Source: Candidatus Dormibacteria bacterium
Lineage (GTDB): Bacteria; Chloroflexota; Dormibacteria; Aeolococcales; Bog-877
Length of the DNA stretch: 64,000 bases
NCBI GenBank assembly: GCA_050734425.1
Contig: JBOHUL010000064.1
Location: forward strand, 16,683-80,682
Direction: 5' to 3'
The position numbers and the translations under genes are program-made. Of the stretch, positions 45,248 to 54,289 are shown one piece after another (position 1 is the first letter of the stretch; every line of letters starts with the position of its first letter). Under the pieces are notes generated by a model that saw only the letters and a program-made list of their open reading frames with translations, was not told the origin of the DNA and ran no database searches.

Positions 45248-46231
45248 TTGCCAACTATGCCGGAGACCGCAATTCAGCCGACGGTTCGTGAGGTCGAGTC
45301 CTCGAAGGACCACGGGCACTTTGAGATCGAGCCACTGGAGGCCGGGTACGGCACCACCCTGGGCAACTCCCTGCGGCGGGTGCTGCTCTCCTCCCTGACC
45401 GGCGCGGCGGTGACGGCCGTCTCCATTGAGGGGGTGGCCCACGAGTTCTCAAGCATCAAGTACGTCAAGGAGGACGTGGGCGAGATTCTGCTCAACGTCA
45501 AGCAGCTGAGCCTCACCTGCCACAATCCCGAGGGAACCCGTCTGACCCTCGACGCCCAGGGGGGCCGGCGCCTGACCGCGGCGGACATCGCCCCCAACCC
45601 CGACGTTGAGATCGCCAATCCCGACCTCTACCTCTGCACCCTCGACGGGGCCTCGGCGAAGCTGCGGATGGACATGACGGTGGAGCTGGGGCGGGGCTAC
45701 TCGCCGGCAGACCGCAACAAGCGCGAGGGCCAGCCGATCGGGGTCATCCCCGTCGATGCCATCTTCACCCCGGTGATCAAGGCCAACTTTCTGGTGGAGA
45801 AGACCAGGGTGGGCCAGGACACGGATTGGGAGAAGCTGGTTCTGGAGGTCTGGACCAACGGCACCATCGTTCCGGTGGAGGCGGTGAGCCGCGCTGCCGA
45901 GTACTACACCCGCCATCTCAGCCTGTTCGCCTCCTTCGGCGAGCGTCTCACCGAGTCTGCCCAGGGCCAGGTTGGGGCGACCGACCTCAAGACCCGCTTG
46001 GCGGACGTGCCCGTGGACGAGTTGGAGCTGAGCGTCCGGGCGCTGAACTGCCTCAAGGCCAACGACATCACCAAGCTGGGTGAGCTGCTTTCGATGCGGA
46101 TGGAGGAGCTCCTGGCCTTGCGCAACTTCGGCGCCAAGTCCCTGGACGAGATCAAGCAGAAGCTGGTCGCCCGCGGATTCGTCGCTCCCGAGGAGATCGA
46201 CGAGCTCTTCCAGCGGGGGGACCACCAGTAA
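45248..46231 (+). CDS. rpoA: DNA-directed RNA polymerase subunit alpha
   Basis: N-terminal dimerisation domain and alpha-CTD. Confidence 0.95.
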   Translation: MPTMPETAIQPTVREVESSKDHGHFEIEPLEAGYGTTLGNSLRRVLLSSLTGAAVTAVSIEGVAHEFSSIKYVKEDVGEILLNVKQLSLTCHNPEGTRLTLDAQGGRRLTAADIAPNPDVEIANPDLYLCTLDGASAKLRMDMTVELGRGYSPADRNKREGQPIGVIPVDAIFTPVIKANFLVEKTRVGQDTDWEKLVLEVWTNGTIVPVEAVSRAAEYYTRHLSLFASFGERLTESAQGQVGATDLKTRLADVPVDELELSVRALNCLKANDITKLGELLSMRMEELLALRNFGAKSLDEIKQKLVARGFVAPEEIDELFQRGDHQ

Positions 46232-46233
46232 CC

Positions 46234-46587
46234 ATGCGCCATCTCAAGGCCGGCCGCAAACTGGGGCGGACGTCGGCCCACCGCCTGGCGCTCAGCCGCA
46301 ACCAGGCCACCGCGCTGCTGGAGCACGGCCGGATTGAGACCACCGAGGCCAAGGCCAAGGAGTTGCGCCGTTGGGTCGAGCGGATGGTGACCACGGCCAA
46401 GACCGACGACCTGGCGGCCCGGCGCCGAATCATGGGCCGGGTCCAGGACGAGGACGTGGCCTTCAAGCTCTTCTCTCAATACGCCGAGCGCTACCGGGAT
46501 CGCCCAGGAGGCTACACCCGGATCGTGCACCGGGGGCCGAGGCCCGGGGATGGGGCCCCGCTGGTCCTGATGGAGATGGTGGACTGA
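46234..46587 (+). CDS. rplQ: 50S ribosomal protein L17
   Basis: MRHLKAGRKLGRTSAHRLAL... Confidence 0.95.
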   Translation: MRHLKAGRKLGRTSAHRLALSRNQATALLEHGRIETTEAKAKELRRWVERMVTTAKTDDLAARRRIMGRVQDEDVAFKLFSQYAERYRDRPGGYTRIVHRGPRPGDGAPLVLMEMVD

Positions 46588-46592
46588 CGGCG

Positions 46593-47366
46593 ATGAGCGG
46601 ACTCCAGACCTACCGGATGGTGCTGGCCTACGACGGCGGCCGCTACCACGGCTGGCAGGCCCAGGCCAGGGTGGCGACTGTCGAGGGAGAACTCCACCGC
46701 GCTCTGGCGCAGCTGACTGGAGAGCGCTGCCGCATCTTGGCCGCCGGTCGTACCGACGCCGGGGCCCATGCTCACGGGCAGGTGGTGGCTTTCACCCTGG
46801 GGAGCGACTGGTCCCCGGCCCGCCTCAGCGCCCGATGCAATGCCGTGCTGCCAGCGGACGTGAAGGTGCTGGCGGCGGCCCGGGCCGAGAGCGACTTCCA
46901 CCCCCGCCGGCAGGCGTGGCGGCGCACCTACCGCTACCTGGTCCGTGACGGGGCCCCGTCCGACCCGGTAGGACGCGGCTACGAATGGCGGGTGCCGAAG
47001 CCACTGGAGCTCCTGCCGATGCGCCGGGCCGCCCGGATGCTGCTGGGGAGACACGACTTCGCCGCCTTCGGCAGCAGTCCCAGACCGGACGGGGGCACAA
47101 TTCGGACCGTCGATCGCGCCGATCTCTGGCGAGTCGGAGGTCTGATCACCCTGGAGGTCAGGGCAGATGCATTCCTCCGCTCGATGATGCGGGGCTTCGC
47201 CGGGGCTCTGGCGACGGTGGGGGCGGGACGGGCGCGACCGGTCCAGGTGGCGGAGGCGCTGGAGGCCCCGTCTGAGTTCCGTGGTCGGTGGACCGCGGCG
47301 CCCGCGAGCGGCCTGCACCAGTGGCGGGTGGAGTACTCCCCAGGGACCGGGGGCCTGGCCGCATGA
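46593..47366 (+). CDS. truA: tRNA pseudouridine(38-40) synthase TruA
   Basis: ...YRMVLAYDGGRYHGWQAQ...AAGRTDAGAHAHGQVVAF... with the catalytic Asp in RTDAG. Confidence 0.85.
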   Translation: MSGLQTYRMVLAYDGGRYHGWQAQARVATVEGELHRALAQLTGERCRILAAGRTDAGAHAHGQVVAFTLGSDWSPARLSARCNAVLPADVKVLAAARAESDFHPRRQAWRRTYRYLVRDGAPSDPVGRGYEWRVPKPLELLPMRRAARMLLGRHDFAAFGSSPRPDGGTIRTVDRADLWRVGGLITLEVRADAFLRSMMRGFAGALATVGAGRARPVQVAEALEAPSEFRGRWTAAPASGLHQWRVEYSPGTGGLAA

Positions 47367-47833
47367 GCACCGTCTCCCAGCGGAGCTTTGTGGCGCCCGC
47401 CCGACCTGTTCAGGAGCGGTGGCTGGTGGTCGACGCCAGCGGCGAGACCCTGGGCCGGTTGGCTGTGAACCTGGCGCGGGTGCTGCGGGGCAAGCATCTG
47501 CCCACCTACACTCCCCACGTGCTCTGCGGCGACCACGTCATCGTGGTCAACTGCTCTCAGATCCAGGTCAGCGGCAAGAAGCGCAGCGACAAGATCTACG
47601 ACCGCTACAGCGGCTACCCCGGTGGGCGCAGGGAGCGGACCTACCAGGAACTGGTCGACCGCGACCCGACCGCGCCCCTGCGCGAGGCGGTGCGGGGCAT
47701 GCTCCAGCACAACACCCTGGGAGGGCGGCAGCTGCAGCGCCTGCGGACCTACCCCGGCCCTGAGCACCCGCACGCCTCCCAGACTCCGGTGCGCATCCGA
47801 TTCGGCGACAAGGCAGAGGTAATTGGGCTTTGA
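47363..47833 (+). CDS. rplM: 50S ribosomal protein L13
   Basis: [34 protein letters not shown]... Confidence 0.95.
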   Translation: MSTVSQRSFVAPARPVQERWLVVDASGETLGRLAVNLARVLRGKHLPTYTPHVLCGDHVIVVNCSQIQVSGKKRSDKIYDRYSGYPGGRRERTYQELVDRDPTAPLREAVRGMLQHNTLGGRQLQRLRTYPGPEHPHASQTPVRIRFGDKAEVIGL

Positions 47834-48234
47834 GCGAAGTTGACCCCACTCGATACTCTTACGGCACCGGCCGGCGCAAGACGGCGGTGGCCAGGGTGAG
47901 GATCTATCCCGGCAGCGGGGTGGCGGTGATCAACGACCGCGAGCCCCTGCGCCACTTCGGCCGGTTGGAGCTGGAACAGGTGGCGCTGCAACCGATCGAG
48001 GTGGCGGGCCTCGCCGGCAGGCTCCGAGTGTCGGTCAAGGTCGAAGGCGGCGGAGTCTCGGGCCAGGCGGGGGCGGTGGCCCACGGCCTGGCCCGGGCGC
48101 TCTGTGCCTGGGACCCGGCGTTGCGGCCCAAGCTCAAGGCGGCCGGGCTGATGACCCGAGACCCTAGGATGAAAGAGCGCAAGAAGCCGGGTCTGAAGCG
48201 GGCCCGGAAGGCACCCCAGTACACCAAGCGCTGA
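47830..48234 (+). CDS. rpsI: 30S ribosomal protein S9
   Basis: ...[20 protein letters not shown]...[12 protein letters not shown]. Confidence 0.95.
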   Translation: MSEVDPTRYSYGTGRRKTAVARVRIYPGSGVAVINDREPLRHFGRLELEQVALQPIEVAGLAGRLRVSVKVEGGGVSGQAGAVAHGLARALCAWDPALRPKLKAAGLMTRDPRMKERKKPGLKRARKAPQYTKR

Positions 48235-48268
48235 AACCCGCTCTCGCACCCACCCGTTCCAATACCCG

Positions 48269-48287
48269 TCCCGCCCAGAAGGCGGGA
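48269..48287 (+). terminator. Candidate intrinsic terminator hairpin after rpsI (GC stem, no U-tract, as common in high-GC actinobacteria)
   Basis: uCCCGCC-cagaa-GGCGGGa perfect 6-7 bp stem, 35 nt after the rpsI stop. Confidence 0.35.
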
Positions 48288-48308
48288 GCCGACCCAGCCA
48301 GGGGTGAA

Positions 48309-49202
48309 GTGGCCGACGCACTCTACGGACGCGACTTTCTCGCAATCTCGGACCTGACCCGCCAAGAACTGGTCGGTCTCCTGGATCTGGCTGCCCGTCT
48401 GAAGCGGGGCGAAGACCCTGGGAGCCCGCTGGCGCGGCGCTCGGTGGCGATGATCTTCCTACGTCCCAGCAACCGGACCCGGGTCTCGTTCGAGGCGGCG
48501 CTGCACCAACTGGGCGGGCATCCCATCGCCCTCTTCGAGCGCGAGATCGAGATGGGCAGGCGAGAATCGGTGGCGGACGTGGGACGAATTCTCGACCGCT
48601 TCGTGGCCGGGCTGGTGGCCCGGATCCCCTCGGACCGCGACCTGAGAGGCCTGGCCCAGGTGATGGAGGCCCCGGTGATCAACGCCATGACCGATCGGGC
48701 TCACCCCTGCCAGGCGCTGGCCGACTGCCTCACGGTGGTGGAGGTCCTCGGCCACCTCGACGGGGTCCGCTTGACCTTCGTCGGCGACGGCAACAACGTC
48801 TGCGCCTCTTTGGTCGCGGCCTCCCGGATACTCGACATCGATCTCCGGGTGGTGACGCCGCCCGGCTACGAGCCAGCGGGTCAGGCCACTGTCGACCTGG
48901 ATCGGGCGCTTGCCGACGCCGAGATCATCTACACCGACGTGTGGACCTCGATGGGGCAGGAGGAGCAGCACGAGGACCGGCGCCAGGACTTCGGGCCATT
49001 CCAGGTCAACCGTGAGCTGCTGGCCCGGGCCCCTGGCAGCGCCAGAGTGATGCACTGCCTCCCCGCCCATCGCGGCGAGGAGATCACCGACGAGGTGCTG
49101 GACGGCCCCCAGTCGGTCGTCTTCGCTCAGGCGGAGAACCGATACTGGGTCCAGCTGGCGTTACTGCGGTCAATTTTCGGCGGAGGCGTGGGCAGCTCGT
49201 GA
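48309..49202 (+). CDS. argF: Ornithine carbamoyltransferase-like protein (ATCase/OTCase fold; SNRTR instead of STRTR motif)
   Basis: ...AMIFLRPSNRTRVSFEAAL..., HPCQALADCLT, DVWTSMGQE, HCLPAHRGEEITDEVLDGPQSVVFAQAENR are all OTCase-type motifs. It is a lone gene here, not in an arg cluster. Confidence 0.6.
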   Translation: MADALYGRDFLAISDLTRQELVGLLDLAARLKRGEDPGSPLARRSVAMIFLRPSNRTRVSFEAALHQLGGHPIALFEREIEMGRRESVADVGRILDRFVAGLVARIPSDRDLRGLAQVMEAPVINAMTDRAHPCQALADCLTVVEVLGHLDGVRLTFVGDGNNVCASLVAASRILDIDLRVVTPPGYEPAGQATVDLDRALADAEIIYTDVWTSMGQEEQHEDRRQDFGPFQVNRELLARAPGSARVMHCLPAHRGEEITDEVLDGPQSVVFAQAENRYWVQLALLRSIFGGGVGSS

Positions 49203-50119
49203 TCGACCTGAGCTGGCTTTCCCAGCCGGGGGTCTTGGGCCTCAATATCGGCGACGCCGCCCGGGTTCTGCTCCCGACCGTGGGCTGGCGAACCATCCTC
49301 GACATCCTCATCATCGCCTTCCTCGCCTACCGGCTCCTGGTCCTGATCCGAGGGACGCAGGCGGTGCAGCTGCTGGTGGGGTTGCTCCTGATCGGGGCCC
49401 TGGCGGCGATCGCCTACATCCTCAATCTGCCGGTTTTGAAGTTCGTCTTCAGCAACGGCGGGGAGGTGATCGCGATCGCCGTGGTGGTGCTCTTCCAACC
49501 CGAACTGCGCCGGGCTTTGGACCAGATGGGCCGCTTGGGCCGGCTGCGTCATGGGCTCATCGCGCCCCAAGCGGCGCACCTGCGCCAAGACGTCGCCGAA
49601 GTGGTCCGGGCGGCGATGCGCCTGGGCGAGACCGCCACTGGGGCTTTGATCGTGCTGCACGGGGACATTGGTCTGGAGGAGATTGCCGCCACCGGGGTCC
49701 GGATGGACGCCATCCTCAGCGCAGACACCCTGGTGACGGTCTTCACCTACCGCTCCCCGCTCCATGACGGAGCCGCGGTGATCCGCGACGGGCGCATCGT
49801 CGCGGGCGGCTGTGTTTTGCCGCTGGCGGAGCGCACCGGTAAGCAGGGCCGGGTGGGCACGCGGCACCGGGCGGCGATTGGGCTGAGTCAGGAGACCGAC
49901 GCCGCCGTGGTGATCGTCTCCGAGGAGTCGGGGCGCGTGAGCCTGGCTCTCGCCGGCGAGCTGCAGCGCGAGCTCGACTCCGATTCTTTGACCGCTCGAC
50001 TCTCCGCCTTCTATCACCTGCCCATCGACGAACGGCACTGGCCCTCCCTGCGGGTCCGTGGTCGAACGCCGCGGCGACCGACCACGGCCCAGGGCGCTCC
50101 CGGCGGTGAGCACCGATGA
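49199..50119 (+). CDS. cdaA: Diadenylate cyclase CdaA (c-di-AMP synthase, 3 N-terminal TM helices plus DAC domain)
   Basis: ...TGALIVLHGD..., ...PLHDGAAVIRDGRIVAGGCVLPL..., ...GTRHRAAIGLSQETDAAVVIVSEESGRVSLA. Confidence 0.85.
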   Translation: MIDLSWLSQPGVLGLNIGDAARVLLPTVGWRTILDILIIAFLAYRLLVLIRGTQAVQLLVGLLLIGALAAIAYILNLPVLKFVFSNGGEVIAIAVVVLFQPELRRALDQMGRLGRLRHGLIAPQAAHLRQDVAEVVRAAMRLGETATGALIVLHGDIGLEEIAATGVRMDAILSADTLVTVFTYRSPLHDGAAVIRDGRIVAGGCVLPLAERTGKQGRVGTRHRAAIGLSQETDAAVVIVSEESGRVSLALAGELQRELDSDSLTARLSAFYHLPIDERHWPSLRVRGRTPRRPTTAQGAPGGEHR

Positions 50120-51093
50120 TGGCTCGGCTGCTGCGGCTGGTGACGCGCAACTTCCAGCTCAAGGTGATCGCGATCTTGGTCGCCTGCGGCATGTGGGTCG
50201 GGGTGGTCTACGCCAGCGACCCGCCCGCCATCGACGCCTACACCGTGGCGGTGCACCCGGCAGGTCTGCTGCACAAGGGGCTGGTCCTGCCGCGCCCGAT
50301 CGGATCCGTTCAAGTCAAGGTCGCCGGGTTCTTGAGCCAGGTGCACAGCCCCGAGGTGGCGACCCACCTCACGGCGAGCGCCGATTTGAGCCACATCACC
50401 CAGCCAGGCGAGTACCTGGTCAAACTCACCGTGCAGAAGACCGACGACAACGTCTCCATCTGGTCGGCGCCGAAGAAGGTCAAGGTGGTCGTAGATAGCG
50501 AGAAGACGGTCTCGCTGCCCGTCCACCTAAGCGTCGGTGCCAACCCGCCGCCAGGCTACGACCTGAATCAGGCACGGACCACTATCAGCCCCTCGACGGT
50601 CCAGGTCGAAGGTCCGGAGAGCGTCCTGGCCAACCTCCAGGCGGAAGCCGTGGTTGACCTGTCCCAGGCCCGGGTGTCGGAGCCGATCAGCAGCCCGGTG
50701 ACGCTGGTCAACACCGACGGCCTCGACAACGAGCTCACTGTCACCCCCAACTCGGTGACGGTCGACGTCGCCATCAGCTCGGAGACGACCCAGACCTCGG
50801 TCGGGGTCAAAACGGTCTTCGCTGGCAGTGGCCAGCCGGCGACGGGCTACGAGGTCACCGGGCTTCAGCTCCAGCCACTCACGGTCACGGTCAGCGGTCC
50901 GACCGCGGTCCTGACCAACCTGACGGCGATCGACACCGAGCCAATCGACATCAGCCATGCCACCGCCAGCGAAACGGTGACTGCCACCCTTGTGGCTCCT
51001 GCTGGAACAACACTCTCTCCGGGCGTGGTCAGCGTGGTCATCACCGTGGTCCCGATCCCCACCCCTTCGCCTTCGCCCAGCCCCAGCCCGTGA
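50116..51093 (+). CDS. cdaR: CdaA regulatory protein CdaR (YbbR domain repeats) with Pro/Ser/Thr-rich C-terminal tail
   Basis: N-terminal TM helix, repeated YbbR-like beta modules, overlaps cdaA by 4 nt. The tail is ...VVPIPTPSPSPSPSP. Confidence 0.7.
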   Translation: MMARLLRLVTRNFQLKVIAILVACGMWVGVVYASDPPAIDAYTVAVHPAGLLHKGLVLPRPIGSVQVKVAGFLSQVHSPEVATHLTASADLSHITQPGEYLVKLTVQKTDDNVSIWSAPKKVKVVVDSEKTVSLPVHLSVGANPPPGYDLNQARTTISPSTVQVEGPESVLANLQAEAVVDLSQARVSEPISSPVTLVNTDGLDNELTVTPNSVTVDVAISSETTQTSVGVKTVFAGSGQPATGYEVTGLQLQPLTVTVSGPTAVLTNLTAIDTEPIDISHATASETVTATLVAPAGTTLSPGVVSVVITVVPIPTPSPSPSPSP

Positions 51094-51176
51094 GCCACAG
51101 GCTCGTAACTCCTTCGCCAGGCGCGGCGTTGAAGCTGGCTGGAGGGCTCACTGAAGTGGGAGGCAGGTAGACCGCA

Positions 51177-53009
51177 GTGTGCGGCATCATCGGCTATCTG
51201 GGACCGCGGTCGGCCGCGCCGCTGCTGCTCGACAGCCTGCAGCGGCTGGAGTACCGCGGCTACGACTCGGCCGGGGTCGTGGTCCTCAAAGGGGACGGGA
51301 CCGCGACCGCGGTCAGGTCACCGGGGAAGGTCGAGGCGCTCCTGGCCTCGGCCGGCGTCGCGAGCCTCGAGGGCCAGGTCGGGATGGGTCACACCCGCTG
51401 GGCCACCCACGGCCGCCCATCCGAGGCCAACGCTCATCCCCAACGGGACTGCAGCGGCCGCTTCTTCGTCATCCACAACGGCATCATCGAGAACTTCGCT
51501 CAGCTGCGGCGGGAGTTGGTGGAGCTGGGCCACCGCTTCATCTCCGAGACGGACACCGAGGTTCTGCCCCACCTGATCGAGGAGTACTACCAGGGCGACC
51601 TGGTGGCGGCGACCCGGCGGGCGCTGGCCCGGCTCCAGGGGGCGTTCGCGGTGGTTGTTTTGAGCTCGACCGACCCAGACACCCTGATCGGAGCCAGGCT
51701 CAACGCCCCCCTGGTGGTCGGCGTCGGCCGCGACGAGTGGTTCCTCAGCTCCGACCTCACCGCCATCATCCCCTACACCAGGCAGGCGCTGGTGCTGGGG
51801 GAGGGGGACATGGCGGTGCTGAGCCCGGTGGGGCCGGTGGTGAGCTCGATCGTCGATGGGAGTGAGTCCGTGCCCCGGGTGGTGCGGGTCGACTGGGACG
51901 TGATCCAGGCGGAGCGCGGCGGCTTCCCCAGCTTCATGGCCAAGGAGATCCAAGAGCAGCCGGCGGCGCTGGAGAACGCCCTCCGGGGGAGGCTCCTCGG
52001 AGACGGCACGGTCGAGTTCCCCGAGTGGGATCTGGACGATGGCGCGCTGGCCTCGTTCGAGCGAATCCAGATCGTCGGCACCGGCACCGCCTACATCGCG
52101 GGCTTGTTGACCCGCTATGCCATCGAGGATTTGGCCCAGCTGCCGGTGGTGGTCGAGACCAGCTCCGAGTGGCGCTACCGACCTCAGCCCAGCGACGGCA
52201 AGACCCTGTTCTTGGCCATCTCTCAGTCGGGTGAGACTGCGGACACCCTGGCGGCGGCCCGCCTGGCCCGGGCTCAGCGCAGCCACCTGCTGGCTCTGAC
52301 CAACGTGGTCGGCAGCACCCTGGCCCTCGAGGCCGACTCGGTCATCAACCTCCACGCCGGACCCGAGATCTGCGTCGTCGCCACCAAGACGTTCGTCAAT
52401 CAGGTGGCCTGCGGGCTGCTGCTGGCCCTGCGCCTAGCGCAGGCCCGGGGGCGGATGAGTCAGGCCGACCGCGGCGAGATCGCCCAGGCCCTCCGGATGG
52501 TGCCCCAAGTGCAGCGCCAGATCTTAGCCCGAGAAGAGGGGATCGCGGCGATGGGCCGCTGGCTCTCGCAGGCCGGCTCCGCCCTGTACGTGGGCCGGGG
52601 CTACAACTATCCGGCGGCGATGGAGGCGGCGCTGAAGCTGAAGGAGGTCTCCTACGTCCACGCTGAGGCCTTGCCCGCGGGCGAGTTGAAGCACGGGCCC
52701 ATCGCCCTGCTGGATGAGCGGATGCCGGTCGTCGCCTTCGCGACCGAGTCCAAGACCCGGGAGAAGGTGCGCAGCAACGTCCAGGAGTCGCGGGCCCGTC
52801 AGAGCCCAATCCTGGCGATAGTGAATGACGGCGACACCACCCTGGAGGGTGTTGCCGATCACCTGCTGCCGGTGCCCCGGCTGCCGGAGCCGGTGTCGCC
52901 GCTGGCCACGGCCTTGGTGGGGCAGCTGCTTGCGTACCACGCGGCGCTCAAGAAGGGGCTGGATGTCGACCGCCCCCGGAACCTGGCCAAATCAGTCACA
53001 GTCGAGTGA
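51177..53009 (+). CDS. glmS: Glutamine--fructose-6-phosphate aminotransferase
   Basis: MCGIIGYLG... N-terminal Cys amidotransferase domain plus two SIS domains; C-terminus ...KSVTVE. Confidence 0.95.
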   Translation: MCGIIGYLGPRSAAPLLLDSLQRLEYRGYDSAGVVVLKGDGTATAVRSPGKVEALLASAGVASLEGQVGMGHTRWATHGRPSEANAHPQRDCSGRFFVIHNGIIENFAQLRRELVELGHRFISETDTEVLPHLIEEYYQGDLVAATRRALARLQGAFAVVVLSSTDPDTLIGARLNAPLVVGVGRDEWFLSSDLTAIIPYTRQALVLGEGDMAVLSPVGPVVSSIVDGSESVPRVVRVDWDVIQAERGGFPSFMAKEIQEQPAALENALRGRLLGDGTVEFPEWDLDDGALASFERIQIVGTGTAYIAGLLTRYAIEDLAQLPVVVETSSEWRYRPQPSDGKTLFLAISQSGETADTLAAARLARAQRSHLLALTNVVGSTLALEADSVINLHAGPEICVVATKTFVNQVACGLLLALRLAQARGRMSQADRGEIAQALRMVPQVQRQILAREEGIAAMGRWLSQAGSALYVGRGYNYPAAMEAALKLKEVSYVHAEALPAGELKHGPIALLDERMPVVAFATESKTREKVRSNVQESRARQSPILAIVNDGDTTLEGVADHLLPVPRLPEPVSPLATALVGQLLAYHAALKKGLDVDRPRNLAKSVTVE

Positions 53010-54289
53010 CCGGCGGGACCGAAGCAGGTTCTCCCCACCGACTGGGGGTCGGGGTCGACGTCAGTTCGGTGGAGCGCGTCGCCGAGCTGGTCCGGAGCCA
53101 GCCTCGGTTCGTGGAGAAGTACTTCACCGCCGCGGAGGCCGCCTACTGCCTTGGCCGACCCGAGCGTCTGACAGCCCGCTGGGCGGCCAAGGAGGCGGTG
53201 CGCAAGCTGTTCGGCAGCCTGGGCTGGAGGATTCCCCTCTATGTAGAGATCTCGGTGCGGCGTCGCCCTGGGGGGGCGCCGGAGGCGCTCATCCGGGGCG
53301 AGCCGGTGGCCGGTCTGGAGCTCAGCCTGAGCCATGACGCCGGGGTCGGGGTGGCCGTGGCGGTGATGGCGAGCGAGGCCCTGCGGCAGCCCCTCTCAGT
53401 GCCCTGGCCCGCGGATCTGGCCCTGCCGGTGCGCCCGGTGGACGGCCACAAGGGCACCTTCGGCACGGTCTTGGTCATCGCTGGCAGCCGATCCTTCCCG
53501 GGAGCCGCAGTCCTCTGCGCCCTGGGAGCTCTCAGGGGAGGTGCGGGAAAGGTTCAGGCCGTGACCCTGGACCCGGCCAGCGCCGCCTTCCCTCCGGAGT
53601 TGATCCGGCTGGCGGTCAGCGACGGCGGAGAGGGCCTGGGGGCGGCTGCGATCATCCAGGTCCGGCCCCAGCTGCAGGCGGCCACGGCGGTGGTTTGCGG
53701 TCCGGGGCTCGGACTGTCGGCGGCGACGGGTGAGCTGCTCTCAGAGTTGTTCCGGGCAGCTGAACAGATGTCCTTCAAGCTGGTGCTCGACGCCGACGCC
53801 CTCAATGCCTGCGCCCGCGAGCGTCAGCTCCTGGAGCGGATTCCCCAGGGGGCGGTGCTCACACCCCATCCCCTGGAGGCGGCCCGGCTGGCGGGCATGG
53901 AGTTGGCACAGATCCAAGCCGACCGGGAGGGGCAAGCCCGGGCCCTGGCCCAGTCCCTGGGAACGGTGCTGGTGCTCAAGGGCGCGGGGACGGTGGTGGC
54001 GGACCCCCGGGGGAAGTGCTGGACCGATCAACATGCCACTGCTGCCCTGGCGGCAGGGGGCAGCGGCGACGTGCTCGCGGGGCTGGTCGGGGCACTTCTG
54101 GCCCAGGGGATGGACGCGCCGGGTGGCGCCCGGGCGGCGGTCTACCTCCATGGCGAGGCAGGGACCCGGTTGGGACTGCGGCGGGGCAGGGCGGGCATCC
54201 TCGCCAGTGAGGTTGCCTCGGAACTCGTGGAGACGGCCGAGGCGCTGCGCCGGACTCAGCCGGGCCGGGGCGGAGTCACACCGCCTTGA
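53006..54289 (+). CDS. acpS: Fusion protein: holo-ACP synthase (AcpS, N-terminal ~125 aa) plus ADP-dependent NAD(P)H-hydrate dehydratase (YjeF_C / Nnr dehydratase domain)
   Basis: N-terminus GVGVDVSSVERVAE...FTAAEAAYC...RWAAKEAVRKLFG...LSLSHDAGVGVAV is AcpS. The C-terminus VDGHKGTFGTVLVIAGSRSFPGAAVLCALGALRGGAGKV...LTPHPLE...VLKGAGTVVA...GGSGDVLAG is YjeF_C. No YjeF_N epimerase domain is present. Confidence 0.8.
   Translation: MTGGTEAGSPHRLGVGVDVSSVERVAELVRSQPRFVEKYFTAAEAAYCLGRPERLTARWAAKEAVRKLFGSLGWRIPLYVEISVRRRPGGAPEALIRGEPVAGLELSLSHDAGVGVAVAVMASEALRQPLSVPWPADLALPVRPVDGHKGTFGTVLVIAGSRSFPGAAVLCALGALRGGAGKVQAVTLDPASAAFPPELIRLAVSDGGEGLGAAAIIQVRPQLQAATAVVCGPGLGLSAATGELLSELFRAAEQMSFKLVLDADALNACARERQLLERIPQGAVLTPHPLEAARLAGMELAQIQADREGQARALAQSLGTVLVLKGAGTVVADPRGKCWTDQHATAALAAGGSGDVLAGLVGALLAQGMDAPGGARAAVYLHGEAGTRLGLRRGRAGILASEVASELVETAEALRRTQPGRGGVTPP

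Noticed and set aside
51094-51176. glmS ribozyme upstream of glmS; TPP riboswitch upstream of thiE
   Set aside because: The glmS upstream region is only ~80 nt and lacks the conserved ribozyme core. thiE starts 9 nt after alr, leaving no room for a riboswitch. Both are recorded as absent.
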